DNA of 56,320 bases from a virus (IMGVR_UViG_3300001533_000425:1-56320); one strand, 5' to 3'. Positions 37,564 to 47,597 are shown, counted from the first letter of the stretch. Program-made: numbers and translations. The notes: generated from the letters alone by a model not told the origin.

Positions 37564-38028
37564 TTTCATTCAACTTTCTTTTTTTATTCTATTTTTTTCA
37601 GTCGCATTTAAGATACACACAAGTTAATATATGAACAATAAGATAAAAAGCGTAATCTGTATTAATATTCAGGATGTTGAATAAAATGCGTAAGTAGTTG
37701 AATAACAGGAGGAAATGATTAATATTCTAACATTGAAATAAAATGCGTAAGTAGTCTATTACTCTAAGTATATAAGATATAGATATAAATATAGTATATA
37801 CTCATCAGATAATAAAAAGAAATAATAGGAGTATTACTCCCATTGGACAATATAAGTGGTTCTAATAATTGGTTTATACTTGGTTCTACCCGTTCTTTTA
37901 TTCTTTATTTTTCTTACTGCTGGTTTATCTTTATATGTTACCGTTCCGTTTACCTGCTTTGCTTTTTTTATTGCTGTTATTCTATTTTTGTATTCTTTAA
38001 TCATTTCATCACCATAAAAGAAAAAAGA

Positions 38029-38712
38029 TTAGTGTTGTAAGAACCTTAGGAGGTCCTCACAGTTGTTTTCTCTTGCATATTTTTCTTGGTTTGCTGGAAG
38101 GTTCATTTTTTGCATCCTTTTGTAGTTTTTGTTTTGGTTAACTCTTCGTGGTATTCCGTGAAGGTTTGATAACTTATTATTAAGTTTGTTACCATCCCAG
38201 TGGTCTACTTCGATATCTTTAACCTTCTTTTTATCATCGAGTTGTTTTATTTTTGCACCATCGGATAAACCATTATCGGCTAAGATATGTTTCACTCTGT
38301 GATATGCGAAAGTTGTTTTAGATTTGTTTGTTTTATTGGAGTTGATACCAAGTATTTTTATGTATCCGTCTGAACCGATATGAACGGCTTGAATCTTAGA
38401 ACCTTTTTGAGTTGTCCGTGGCATATATCCGAGATGGTTCAATTTCCTTATTACATCAGTAATATCATCAATTAAATCCTCTTTTTCTTGGTAGTTTTCA
38501 ATAATTGTGTCTGGTTCACCATTGAATACATCTAAACTTAGTTGCCTAAAGTATGCCTCTGCTTGTTTTATTTTTTCTGGTATTGTTTTCATTTTTTCGA
38601 CCTCTTTTTCATTACTCGGTATAGAGTATGTGTTTATATAGTTTTTGTTTTTTGAGCAGATATTTTTGTTGGCGTTTTTTGTTTGTTGCGCATTTTTATT
38701 TATTTTTCTCAT
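38029..38712 (-). CDS. HNH endonuclease
   Basis: GY...YHR...VDHWDGNKLNNKLSNL...N. Confidence 0.8.
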   Translation of the reverse strand: MRKINKNAQQTKNANKNICSKNKNYINTYSIPSNEKEVEKMKTIPEKIKQAEAYFRQLSLDVFNGEPDTIIENYQEKEDLIDDITDVIRKLNHLGYMPRTTQKGSKIQAVHIGSDGYIKILGINSNKTNKSKTTFAYHRVKHILADNGLSDGAKIKQLDDKKKVKDIEVDHWDGNKLNNKLSNLHGIPRRVNQNKNYKRMQKMNLPANQEKYARENNCEDLLRFLQH

Positions 38713-38932
38713 ATTTTTTCACATCCTGCAGTAATTTGCTGCAAATGATAATCTACTCAAAACTATAAAAACATATCCTGACATTACTCCACCATATAAT
38801 TTTATAAGGCTAAGTCACTTCAATACCAAGTAACTATAAGAGAAATACAACTTCGACATAAAAATTTTCCCCGAGTAACGCTAAAAGGAACATACTTTCA
38901 TAGTCATTAATAGGTACGAATATATATATTTA

Positions 38933-38949
38933 CCGAAACCTTTATATAC
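38933..38949 (+). promoter_or_regulatory. BRE-TATA promoter for the morphogenesis module
   Basis: CCGAAACC-TTTATATA. Confidence 0.7.
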
Positions 38950-39074
38950 TAGAAGGCCATTACTGTGTGCATGTATATTATTGAGAGTATATGAATATGC
39001 TCTTAAGAGACTATGCAGGAGAGACACGAAAAGTCGGGAAGTTAAGGCGGGATGCTCAGTCTCTTACATAAAAA

Positions 39075-39656
39075 GTGATATATATGACTCGAACTGGAAA
39101 GATAGAAAAATGGGGACTTGAAGATGAAGTCCGTAATATGTTGGATGAAAAGAAATCTTATTCGCAAATTGCTAAACACATTAATAATAAATATAATGAT
39201 ATTCCAGAACTTACAAAAGTAAATAAAATGACTATTAGTAGGTATGTCGAGAAAATGGATGAAAAAGACATGAAAGAAAAAATCGATGAAGTAAAAGATC
39301 CAGCTAAAGTAATCCAAAGTGAGTTTAATCAAAGAATTAGAGAAAATATTTTAGACGCAGAGCATATGAATAATCTAGTGAATAGTTATTCTAATAAACT
39401 AGAAACTGGTGATTTAACTACTAAAGAACTATCTACTATGATAAAAGCATGGAAAGATACCAATGATCAAATCCGTAAGAATCTAGTAAACCTTCGTGAA
39501 TTCACAGATCACAGAGTAATAAAACCAACTCAAAACATCATATACAAAAAAGAGATTAATATTAAAAACATGCTTGTTGATTTTGCAAGAGAGCTCTGCC
39601 CTAGCTGTAAGAAGAAAGTTAGTAATTTATTAGAGGAAATAGAAAATGAAAACTAA
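39075..39656 (+). CDS. Putative terminase small subunit (N-terminal HTH)
   Basis: KSYSQIAKHIN...NKMTISRY HTH-like segment, coiled coil, upstream of TerL. Confidence 0.5.
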   Translation: MIYMTRTGKIEKWGLEDEVRNMLDEKKSYSQIAKHINNKYNDIPELTKVNKMTISRYVEKMDEKDMKEKIDEVKDPAKVIQSEFNQRIRENILDAEHMNNLVNSYSNKLETGDLTTKELSTMIKAWKDTNDQIRKNLVNLREFTDHRVIKPTQNIIYKKEINIKNMLVDFARELCPSCKKKVSNLLEEIENEN

Positions 39657-39891
39657 ATGGTACATTCCTGGAGAAGCATATGATTGGGAAAAGACATTAA
39701 AGCATTTCTTATATGGTCTTATATTAACTGTTCTTGGTGTTGGTATTAATTATTCCATTGATTATCTTGAAATAATCGAAGCACCACCAGAATATGTTCT
39801 GTATGTAGGCTTATTAATATCAATACTGCAAGCATTTTCTAATATAGTAAAACATTGGAAAGACGAACACGAAGACTCACAAACACCATAA
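39646..39891 (+). CDS. Small two-TM membrane protein (holin-like)
   Basis: Two TM segments with charged termini. Confidence 0.5.
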   Translation: MKTKWYIPGEAYDWEKTLKHFLYGLILTVLGVGINYSIDYLEIIEAPPEYVLYVGLLISILQAFSNIVKHWKDEHEDSQTP

Positions 39892-39935
39892 TTTATGTTT
39901 TTAGTATATGTGATATTATAAATTAGGTGATATGA

Positions 39936-40046
39936 ATGTTTGAAGAATTTAAAGACCTAGGTTTTGGATCCAAAGTATTAATCTCTATTGGCGTATTGTG
40001 GATTTTAAAACACTTATTCGACTTCGGTTTCAACTTTACTTTCTAA
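39936..40046 (+). CDS. 36-aa membrane peptide
   Basis: GGTGA SD; MFEEFKDLGFGSKVLISIGVLWILKH... Confidence 0.45.
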   Translation: MFEEFKDLGFGSKVLISIGVLWILKHLFDFGFNFTF

Positions 40047-40104
40047 AGTTGAAATTTAAGTGAATACACATATATGTTTTAATGTTTCTTTCTTTATTTA
40101 TAAT

Positions 40105-41484
40105 ATGAAAAACGATTTGAAAATTCTTAAGTATTCAGTATCCTGTAAATCATTCATGGAAGAAGTATTAGGACTTACTATAAAAGATTTCCATAAAGAA
40201 TGGTTAGATGCCATGGAAAATAATAGACATTTATGTTTACTAGCTCCTCGAGGCCATGGAAAGTCTACAATAGTAGAAGGATACGTTGCTTGGAAAATAT
40301 TAAATAATCCTAAGATACGAATATTAATTGTATCTGTTAATCAGAGCAAAGCTGAAGACATGATGAATTTTATAAAATCATGTCTTGAATTGCCACAAGT
40401 GACTGAAACATGGGGTGAGCAAAAGTCACCAGCATGGTCACGTAATAAAATAAGAGTTAAAAACCCAAGAGGTGGGATACAACACAAGGAACCTACATTA
40501 CAGGTTCTTGGTGTAACATCTTCTCAGATATCATCTCACTATGATATGATTATCTTAGATGATGTTCAAGATAGACAAAATGTAGCTACATCAGGAAGAA
40601 GAAGAAAAATCAGAGAATGGTATAACACTGAGTTATTAGAAATGCTTGAACCTGGAGGAAAAATTCTTAACATTGCCACTCGTTGGCATTCTGATGATTT
40701 ACATAATTATTTATCTCAAAAGTCTATGTATAAGGTTTTGAGATATCAGGCTATTGATAAAGAGACAAATGAATCTCTATGGCCTGAAAGATTCACATAT
40801 GAAGATTTAATTGAATTACGAGATGAACACATTGGTAAGACTGCTTTTTCAATGCAGTACCAAAATGAGATAACACAAACTGAAGATTCACCAATTGATC
40901 AGGAATGGGTAGAAAGAGCAGAAAAAAGATGGAATCCAAATAGAATCCCTGGTAATTGTGAAAGATACATGGGAGTTGATTTAGCATCTAAAAGTGAGGA
41001 AGGAGATTTCTTTGCTGTAACAGTTGTTGCTAAAGATGAAAACAGGAATTACTATGTTCTTGAATCAGTAAGATCAAAGACAACAATGAGTAAACAACTT
41101 GAAATAATAAAGTCTCTCAATGACAAATTCTATCCAAAGAAAGTAGGAATTGAATCAAATGCTACTCAACGAATAATAACAGATGATTGGATTGAGAGGA
41201 CTAATTTACCAATAGATCAAATAAAATCATCATGGATAAATGATAAGTGGTCTAGAGCACAGAGATTATCTGTTCTTCTAGAAACAAATAGAATAACTAT
41301 TAATCCAGATTTAGACTTTTTATCAGATGAACTAATAAGTTTTCCAAGAGGAACACATGAAGACGCCATGGATAGTCTTGCATTTGCTATTCAAGCATCT
41401 GGTGATGAAAAACAAGTTGATTGGGATAGAGTAGTTAGTATGGTTACTACTAAAAAAAGAACCCCGTATGTTAAAAAGTTATAA
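40105..41484 (+). CDS. terL: Terminase large subunit
   Basis: APRGHGKS, IILDD, ATRWH.DD, MGVDLA, GIESN, HEDAMD. Confidence 0.93.
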   Translation: MKNDLKILKYSVSCKSFMEEVLGLTIKDFHKEWLDAMENNRHLCLLAPRGHGKSTIVEGYVAWKILNNPKIRILIVSVNQSKAEDMMNFIKSCLELPQVTETWGEQKSPAWSRNKIRVKNPRGGIQHKEPTLQVLGVTSSQISSHYDMIILDDVQDRQNVATSGRRRKIREWYNTELLEMLEPGGKILNIATRWHSDDLHNYLSQKSMYKVLRYQAIDKETNESLWPERFTYEDLIELRDEHIGKTAFSMQYQNEITQTEDSPIDQEWVERAEKRWNPNRIPGNCERYMGVDLASKSEEGDFFAVTVVAKDENRNYYVLESVRSKTTMSKQLEIIKSLNDKFYPKKVGIESNATQRIITDDWIERTNLPIDQIKSSWINDKWSRAQRLSVLLETNRITINPDLDFLSDELISFPRGTHEDAMDSLAFAIQASGDEKQVDWDRVVSMVTTKKRTPYVKKL

Positions 41485-41497
41485 TAGGAGAAGTACT

Positions 41498-41752
41498 ATG
41501 GAATTCGAACCTGTATTTATAGGAGATAAACCTATAAAAACCTACGTAAACGCTGGTAAATGGGCTCTTGATAAGAAAAAACCTTTAAAGATTTTAGCTA
41601 GAGGAAACAATATTAAGACTGCTGTTGACGTGGCTGAAATCATTAAAAGAGAACTTAATAATTGTACCGTTGAAATAACTACTAGAAGTGAAGAGGTTTC
41701 AGATGAAGACAGAAAAGTATCTGTCATTACAATAATTATAAAGGAAGAATAA
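41498..41752 (+). CDS. alba: Alba-family nucleic-acid-binding protein
   Basis: VFIGDKP..TYV...ILARGNNIKTAVDVAEII...VS.I.I; GGAG SD. Confidence 0.88.
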   Translation: MEFEPVFIGDKPIKTYVNAGKWALDKKKPLKILARGNNIKTAVDVAEIIKRELNNCTVEITTRSEEVSDEDRKVSVITIIIKEE

Positions 41753-41753
41753 A

Positions 41754-43106
41754 ATGAATATATATGATAAGATAAAATATTTTAATCCTTTCAGACGAAA
41801 AATCAAATACCTAGATAGTGAAGGTAAACCAAGGACTACTGTTAAAGCTGGTGGTAAACAAGAAGGTTCATTATTTTCACAAAAAGAAAGAACTGAAGCT
41901 CAATTAAAGAAGTATTGGCAATATTATACCCAAGAAGGCACTGTCTGGGCTGCTATTAATTCTATTGCATATAATACTGTTATGGTAGGATATGATATAG
42001 AGTCAAATGATAAAGAAGCTAAGAAAATAATAGAAAGATGGTGTAGAAAAGTAGATTTACCTATTCATTTATTAAATAATACTATATATGGTCTTGTATT
42101 TGGTGATTCTTTTATAGAAATTATAAAAAATAAAAAACAATCACCATCCTCATTAAAGGATGTTGATCCACAAACAATGGAAGTAAACTTTGATAAATAT
42201 GGTATTGTACAGAATTATACTCAATCACTTGGTAAAAAAGCAGGTGAATCTGTACCAAAACTTGATAAGGAGTCAATATGTCACATAAGATTCTTTCCAA
42301 AACCAAATAATCCTTATGGACTTTCATTAATTTCACCTAATGTAGATATATTAGATAAGAAAGTTAGAGCTGATAATGCTATTGCATCAGCTATTATAAG
42401 ACATGGCACATCAAAACTTGTATTTTCAGTTGGTTCTGAAAAAGATGGACAACTTCCACCTGATTCTGTTCTTGAAGCAATTGAAAGTGAAGTTGAAGAT
42501 ATTGATGAAAAGAATGAATTTGTTGTACCTTGGAACGTTGATGTGTATCCTATTGATGAGAAAGGAATTCAAGGTGTAGAAGAGTATTACAATTATTTTC
42601 AATCTCAACTTGTTCTTGGACTTTTAGTTCCTGGAGAGGTACTTGGTCTTGGACAAGGTTCTACTGAAGCTACTGCTAGAGTAAGAGCACTCTTATATGA
42701 AAGAATGATTCAATCTTTCCAGACTCAATTAGCTGCAATTGTTGAAAAACAATTATTTAAGAAGGTATTACAAGCAAATGGATATGACATGGAAGATGAA
42801 GAAAATGATGTGTATGTAAAAATAAACTTTAGAAGCGTAACAGATGCTGATGAATCAGAGAAAGCTAAATGGATGGGTAATCTTATAAGAGGTTTTAGAT
42901 CATCTAAGACTAAACCATTTACAATTAATGAGATTAGAAGAATGTTCAATAAACCTGAGCTTGATGACCCAGAAGCAGATACAATTATATATGAAGGATA
43001 TGAAAAAAATGGAACAGCTGATCAAGAGCCTTCTGAAGAAAATGTAACAAATGAAGATGATGATATGACATCAGAAAAAGAGGAAGAAGATGAAGAAGAA
43101 TCTTAA
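41754..43106 (+). CDS. Portal protein
   Basis: 450 aa after TerL; LVFGDSFIE, PYGLS, TINEIR motifs. Confidence 0.88.
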   Translation: MNIYDKIKYFNPFRRKIKYLDSEGKPRTTVKAGGKQEGSLFSQKERTEAQLKKYWQYYTQEGTVWAAINSIAYNTVMVGYDIESNDKEAKKIIERWCRKVDLPIHLLNNTIYGLVFGDSFIEIIKNKKQSPSSLKDVDPQTMEVNFDKYGIVQNYTQSLGKKAGESVPKLDKESICHIRFFPKPNNPYGLSLISPNVDILDKKVRADNAIASAIIRHGTSKLVFSVGSEKDGQLPPDSVLEAIESEVEDIDEKNEFVVPWNVDVYPIDEKGIQGVEEYYNYFQSQLVLGLLVPGEVLGLGQGSTEATARVRALLYERMIQSFQTQLAAIVEKQLFKKVLQANGYDMEDEENDVYVKINFRSVTDADESEKAKWMGNLIRGFRSSKTKPFTINEIRRMFNKPELDDPEADTIIYEGYEKNGTADQEPSEENVTNEDDDMTSEKEEEDEEES

Positions 43107-43617
43107 AACAATTCATAATCCTATGGTAAAGTTTGAGTATGACAAATCATTATTTGGAAAATCAACTAATGTGAGAATATATCATGATGCTACTCTTATA
43201 ACACCAGGTGTATTCTCAGATTCTATTACAATGTCTCCAGTTAAGTATTCAGAAGATGTATTAAGTACTACTGTCAATAAATGGCATTCTAATTACTTAA
43301 ATATAAATCACTCTAGAAATGTTCTTGATAGAATAGGAAGAGTAGTTAATCCATATTACTCAGATGGGAGAGTAAAAGGAGATTTATATATATTTCCAGT
43401 AACTCAGAATGCAAGAGATACTATTGAATTAATTGATGAAGGTCTTATTAATTGGTTATCAGTAGAATTAATCACAGAGGATTCATGGGATAGAAATGAT
43501 GAAAGATATGTCAGTGACTTAAAATATATGGGAGTTGCTGTAGTAACAGAACCAGCTTGCTCAAATGCTAAAATTGATGAATCTGGAGCAGACTTTGATT
43601 TGCCTACAGAGGTATAA
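43090..43617 (+). CDS. Prohead-protease-like protein 1 (Mu gpI/assemblin-like)
   Basis: LNINH...IGRV...LSVE...GVAVVTEPA. Confidence 0.6.
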   Translation: MKKNLKTIHNPMVKFEYDKSLFGKSTNVRIYHDATLITPGVFSDSITMSPVKYSEDVLSTTVNKWHSNYLNINHSRNVLDRIGRVVNPYYSDGRVKGDLYIFPVTQNARDTIELIDEGLINWLSVELITEDSWDRNDERYVSDLKYMGVAVVTEPACSNAKIDESGADFDLPTEV

Positions 43618-43618
43618 A

Positions 43619-43960
43619 ATGAAGGGTATTGATTCAATACAAATAAATGGTTGCCCTTATTGTGATATATTTATAAATGAAGAATCTCCTACGAAGTTAT
43701 TTTATCCTAAACAATCTGATATCAAAAAAATTGATGATTTTGTAATAGTAAAAAATAAAGATAAAGCATTTGTAATTGTTTCTGACCATGTTGAAACAAT
43801 TGGAAAAGAACAATGGGGAAGAATATTATATAGAGCTAAGAAAATATTTGGTGAAACTTCTAAAGTATCTATATGTAATGATAAATATTCAGAGCATTGG
43901 CATGCAATTGTAGAAACTTCTATGAATTTAGATAAGCTTTCAGATTTGAGAGGTGATTAA
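43619..43960 (+). CDS. Degenerate HIT-like protein
   Basis: CPYC, DDFVIV, internal H, HWH with the third His missing. Confidence 0.4.
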   Translation: MKGIDSIQINGCPYCDIFINEESPTKLFYPKQSDIKKIDDFVIVKNKDKAFVIVSDHVETIGKEQWGRILYRAKKIFGETSKVSICNDKYSEHWHAIVETSMNLDKLSDLRGD

Positions 43961-43961
43961 T

Positions 43962-44135
43962 ATGCCGAAACCACCAAAAAAAGGTGAAAGTAAATCTGAT
44001 TTTATGAAAAGATGCGTTCCTTTTGTCAAAAATGAAGGATATGAAGATAAAAGAGCAGTTGCAATTTGTTATTCTATGTGGAGAAAGAAACACCCAGAGG
44101 ATAAGAAGAAATCTGTTACTAATGATGTAAGTTGA
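43962..44135 (+). CDS. Small head-module protein
   Basis: PKP.KGES..DFMKRC...AVAICYSMW motif familiar from phage head regions. Confidence 0.65.
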   Translation: MPKPPKKGESKSDFMKRCVPFVKNEGYEDKRAVAICYSMWRKKHPEDKKKSVTNDVS

Positions 44136-44161
44136 AATGTTATAAAAAATAGGAAATAAAA

Positions 44162-45130
44162 ATGTCAAGATTAACAAAATTATTAGAATATGAGTTTGCT
44201 GGTAATTCACAGAAGAAAAGAATTCTAAACTCTGCGTCTTTTAATAATTTATTCAATAAACAAGAAAAACAACTTATTATAGGTACAGATGCTGATATAA
44301 GTGGTAATCTATTAATGGAAGAAATAACTAACACTATTAAGAATGGAGCTGAAAATAGAAGATTAATGAGAGACATTCTTCCTACAGTAAATGTTAAAGG
44401 AAATAGTGTAACTCCAGTATACGGAACTAAACCTAGTGGAAATCTAGCAGAAAAAATAGCTGAAGGAAGTTCATTTCCGGTACAAACAGAGATATATTCA
44501 AGTGGAGCAACAATAAATATCAATAAATATGGTACTCGTAGTACTATAACTAGTGAATTAATAGAAGATTCTCAGTTTGATTTAATAGAAATTGAATTAA
44601 TGAGAATTGGAGAAAAGCTCGAGAATAAATTAAATGAAGTAGTTATTGGAACTCTTTTAGATAATCATAATGGGACTACACCATCTGATGTTGATCCTGG
44701 TGCATCTGTTGTTAGATACGAAGATATTGGAGATGCATACGAGGAACTTGGAACAATTGGATGGAAACCAACAGACTTAATAATGAGACCAAGATTTGTA
44801 GGCCAATTACTTACTTGTCCTAATAGTCCTAGCGGTGCTGCGACACCAATAAACGCAGATTATGGATCAGGAAAGTTATTTGGTATTAATACACATGTAC
44901 TTGATACTCCTTATAATGGAACTACATACTGGGATGATACTGATGGAGCAAGTCATTACTATGGTTTACTATTAGATAGAAATAATTATGGTATGATTGC
45001 AATTAAACAGGATATAACTGTTGAAAATTATAGAGATTATCCGACAGATTTGTGTGGCATCGTTGGTACAATAAAATTTGGTGTAGGTGTTGCACATAAT
45101 GATGCAGCTGTGAGGATTTTAACTAAATAG
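44162..45130 (+). CDS. Capsid protein paralog A (HK97 fold)
   Basis: IAEG, KYG.R..IT.ELIED, PTDLI, DITVE.Y; collinear with 47656-48645. Confidence 0.8.
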   Translation: MSRLTKLLEYEFAGNSQKKRILNSASFNNLFNKQEKQLIIGTDADISGNLLMEEITNTIKNGAENRRLMRDILPTVNVKGNSVTPVYGTKPSGNLAEKIAEGSSFPVQTEIYSSGATININKYGTRSTITSELIEDSQFDLIEIELMRIGEKLENKLNEVVIGTLLDNHNGTTPSDVDPGASVVRYEDIGDAYEELGTIGWKPTDLIMRPRFVGQLLTCPNSPSGAATPINADYGSGKLFGINTHVLDTPYNGTTYWDDTDGASHYYGLLLDRNNYGMIAIKQDITVENYRDYPTDLCGIVGTIKFGVGVAHNDAAVRILTK

Positions 45131-45137
45131 GTATAAC

Positions 45138-45611
45138 ATGACAAATCTAGAAAATCGTATTAAAAGACTTGAAACAATATCTAATAATCTATTATTAAAA
45201 GAGAAAGTATTAAAGGATAAAAATTTCTCTTCCGAAGCTAGAAAATTAGTTAAGTATCCATTTATTGAAACATTATTCATCTTTCTAAATAATTTAGACA
45301 CTCATGCAATGCTAACAGATTGTGATGATAAAATTATATACATCAATGATAGCTTTTCAGAGTATTTAAAAGAATTAGGAATTATAATAGATGAAGAATC
45401 TTCGAAGACATGGTGGAGACAATTTGGATGGAAAGATAATCCATCTAATAAAAATCTCATCACACAAGAATGTATTTCTAAGAAAAAAGTTGTGCATCAT
45501 GAAATAAAATCAAGATTAATAGATGGATTGATATATTATGTAATTTGCATACCATTAAAATATAATGGTGTTGCTGCTGTTTTGTCAATAATAACTAAGA
45601 AAGAAATATGA
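45138..45611 (+). CDS. Putative PAS-domain protein
   Basis: AMLTDCDDKIIYINDSF...YYVICIPL..NGV.AVLSI. Confidence 0.55.
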   Translation: MTNLENRIKRLETISNNLLLKEKVLKDKNFSSEARKLVKYPFIETLFIFLNNLDTHAMLTDCDDKIIYINDSFSEYLKELGIIIDEESSKTWWRQFGWKDNPSNKNLITQECISKKKVVHHEIKSRLIDGLIYYVICIPLKYNGVAAVLSIITKKEI

Positions 45612-45844
45612 CTGGAGAAGATAGATGGATTGAATATGCTGAATTCCGTGGTGAAACCATAGCTGCAATGAAGGCAATTAATCGTGAACTTAAGGAAATA
45701 AAACAAAACCAAAAAGAAATTAAATCAGCATTCAATAAACATTATGTTGATTATAATGATATAAAAATAAAAATGGCTGGATTAGCAGGTGCTGTTAGTA
45801 TGTTAACATCAATAGTTATTTTAGTAATAGGTAGTGTAGTATGA
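45608..45844 (+). CDS. Coiled-coil protein with C-terminal TM segment
   Basis: Heptad pattern plus hydrophobic C-terminus. Confidence 0.6.
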   Translation: MTGEDRWIEYAEFRGETIAAMKAINRELKEIKQNQKEIKSAFNKHYVDYNDIKIKMAGLAGAVSMLTSIVILVIGSVV

Positions 45845-47118
45845 AAGATATAAGTGTAGTTATTCATAATGATAATTCTCCTAATAATGAAAGAAATACA
45901 TTAGATAATGAAATTATAAAATCACTCTCAAATACACTTGGAATGTCTCTGAGAGAAGCAATAGATAATATTGATGTCATCTTTTATAATAATCCCGATT
46001 ATATGGATTTCAATATATTCGGTAATATAGAAGAAACTGAAGAAGAAGATGATAGAAGAATTATTGCAGGCTATGCTAGTGTAGCTGTTATAGACGATGA
46101 CAATGAATATATACCCAAAGAAACTCTTGAGAAAGGACTAGAGACTCTCATGAGTGATGAAAGTTACTCTAATGTAATGATAGTCCATAAAAATATTCAA
46201 ATAGGAAAAATCCTCAAAGAATATAACGATTTAAAAACACATGTAGATGATAAAGGACTCTTTGTTGTTGCAGAAATAAGAAATGATATTGAAGCAGCAA
46301 ATAATGTATGGAAAAGAATTCTTAATGGTGAGGTAAGAGGATTTTCTATAGGTGGAGAAATCATAGATAAACATGAAGCCTGTGATGAAGAAAAATGTTA
46401 TTGGACTATTGATGATTTAAATTTATTTGAAATATCAGTATGTGACTCACCAATTAATAAATCATCTGGCTTTGAAATTATTTCAAAAGCTAATGTATGT
46501 AAAGATTTATATAATGAGATGAATAATATGTCAAAAAATAAAGAAGAAGACTGCGATACTTGTGATGAGAAAGCTGAAGAAGTCAAAAAATCTGAAGAAG
46601 TAGAAGAACCTACCATACAAGAAACAGAAGAAGACAATACTGAAAAAGGCGAACAAGAGTTATCAATTGCTGACGTCATTGAAAAAATGAATTCAATGTT
46701 TGCAACTTTCAGTAAGGAGATTATCAATGAATTCAATGAAGTGATGGATACTATACAAAAGGCTCAGGAAGAACCAGAGGAACCAGAAGAGGAACCAGAG
46801 GAAGAGCCTGAAGAGGAAGAAGAAACAGAGAAATCTGAAGAAACTCCTACTGAAGAAAAACAAGAACCAGAAACAACTGAAAAATCTGATACTAAAGAAG
46901 TTGAGTATGCACTTAAAGCAAGAGACGATGCTATTAAAGGCTATGAAGAAAAACTCAATGAAATGAGTGAAACTATTAATAAACTCAACACTAGAATCAA
47001 AGAACTTGAAGAAACTGAAGAGCCTCCAAAAACTACTAATGAAGTAGAAGAAGAGGTTATTAAAGACACAGGTGTTGTTGTCGATAAGAGACACGGATTT
47101 ATATATAGACGTGAATAA
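45841..47118 (+). CDS. HK97-type prohead protease fused to acidic scaffold
   Basis: IAGYAS...D, H...IGK, GL.V.AEI, GFSIGG, LFEIS.CD.P.N; Glu-rich coiled-coil C-terminus. Confidence 0.88.
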   Translation: MKDISVVIHNDNSPNNERNTLDNEIIKSLSNTLGMSLREAIDNIDVIFYNNPDYMDFNIFGNIEETEEEDDRRIIAGYASVAVIDDDNEYIPKETLEKGLETLMSDESYSNVMIVHKNIQIGKILKEYNDLKTHVDDKGLFVVAEIRNDIEAANNVWKRILNGEVRGFSIGGEIIDKHEACDEEKCYWTIDDLNLFEISVCDSPINKSSGFEIISKANVCKDLYNEMNNMSKNKEEDCDTCDEKAEEVKKSEEVEEPTIQETEEDNTEKGEQELSIADVIEKMNSMFATFSKEIINEFNEVMDTIQKAQEEPEEPEEEPEEEPEEEEETEKSEETPTEEKQEPETTEKSDTKEVEYALKARDDAIKGYEEKLNEMSETINKLNTRIKELEETEEPPKTTNEVEEEVIKDTGVVVDKRHGFIYRRE

Positions 47119-47174
47119 TATTTATACATGTTTTAATTTATTTGTTTAAGTCAAAATAAAATAGGTGATTATAT

Positions 47175-47597
47175 ATGACAATGAGTTTTTCTGCTATTAC
47201 TGATGAAGATATTCTTATTGAAGAAGGAACCTTCGCAATGAATTTTAAAGCTTCTGGTGCAATTCTCGCTGGACAAGCTCTTCAATTAGAAGCTGAAGGT
47301 GATAAAGGTACTGCATACGTAAGAGTATGCCAAAATTCAAAAGAATTTAATGAAGGTGCGAATAGGTTCATTGGAGTAGCTGAATATTCTGCTGATCATG
47401 GTGATCCTATATCAGTTCTACCAGTTGGAAATAAAGTTACTGTAAGAGCATCAGGTGCAATTACTGCTGGTCATGGAGCGTTTGCTACTAGCAAAGGATA
47501 CTTTATGGCCTCAAACACAACTACGTCTGGTAATATTCAAGCAGTTGCTTTAGAAACATTCCAAAATGATGAAGCTGGTGTAGTTTTACTAGTTTAA
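47175..47597 (+). CDS. Capsid decoration/cement protein
   Basis: ASGAI.AG repeats, FIGVA, A.ALE; lies between scaffold and MCP. Confidence 0.7.
   Translation: MTMSFSAITDEDILIEEGTFAMNFKASGAILAGQALQLEAEGDKGTAYVRVCQNSKEFNEGANRFIGVAEYSADHGDPISVLPVGNKVTVRASGAITAGHGAFATSKGYFMASNTTTSGNIQAVALETFQNDEAGVVLLV

Larger units (their letters stand above)
34157..37751 (+). repeat. 19 direct copies of bipartite motif ATTAATATWC-N10-ATAWAAWGCGTAAK
   Basis: GCGTAA cores at 34184, 34221, 34257, 34298, 34853, 34891, 34940, 35199, 35238, 35504, 35543, 35958, 36516, 36554, 37026, 37301, 37650, 37688, 37745. Confidence 0.9.

Noticed and set aside
34157-37751. CRISPR or mini-CRISPR array
   Set aside because: Variable segments are only about 10 nt, the repeats are degenerate and interleaved with promoters and ORFs, and no cas genes are present
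37843-38040. 65-aa plus-strand ORF
   Set aside because: Low-complexity T-rich tract, probably a terminator region between convergent units; TTG start and no clear support
46755-46830. GAACCAGAR tandem repeat as a DNA element
   Set aside because: Encodes the Glu/Pro-rich linker of the scaffold domain
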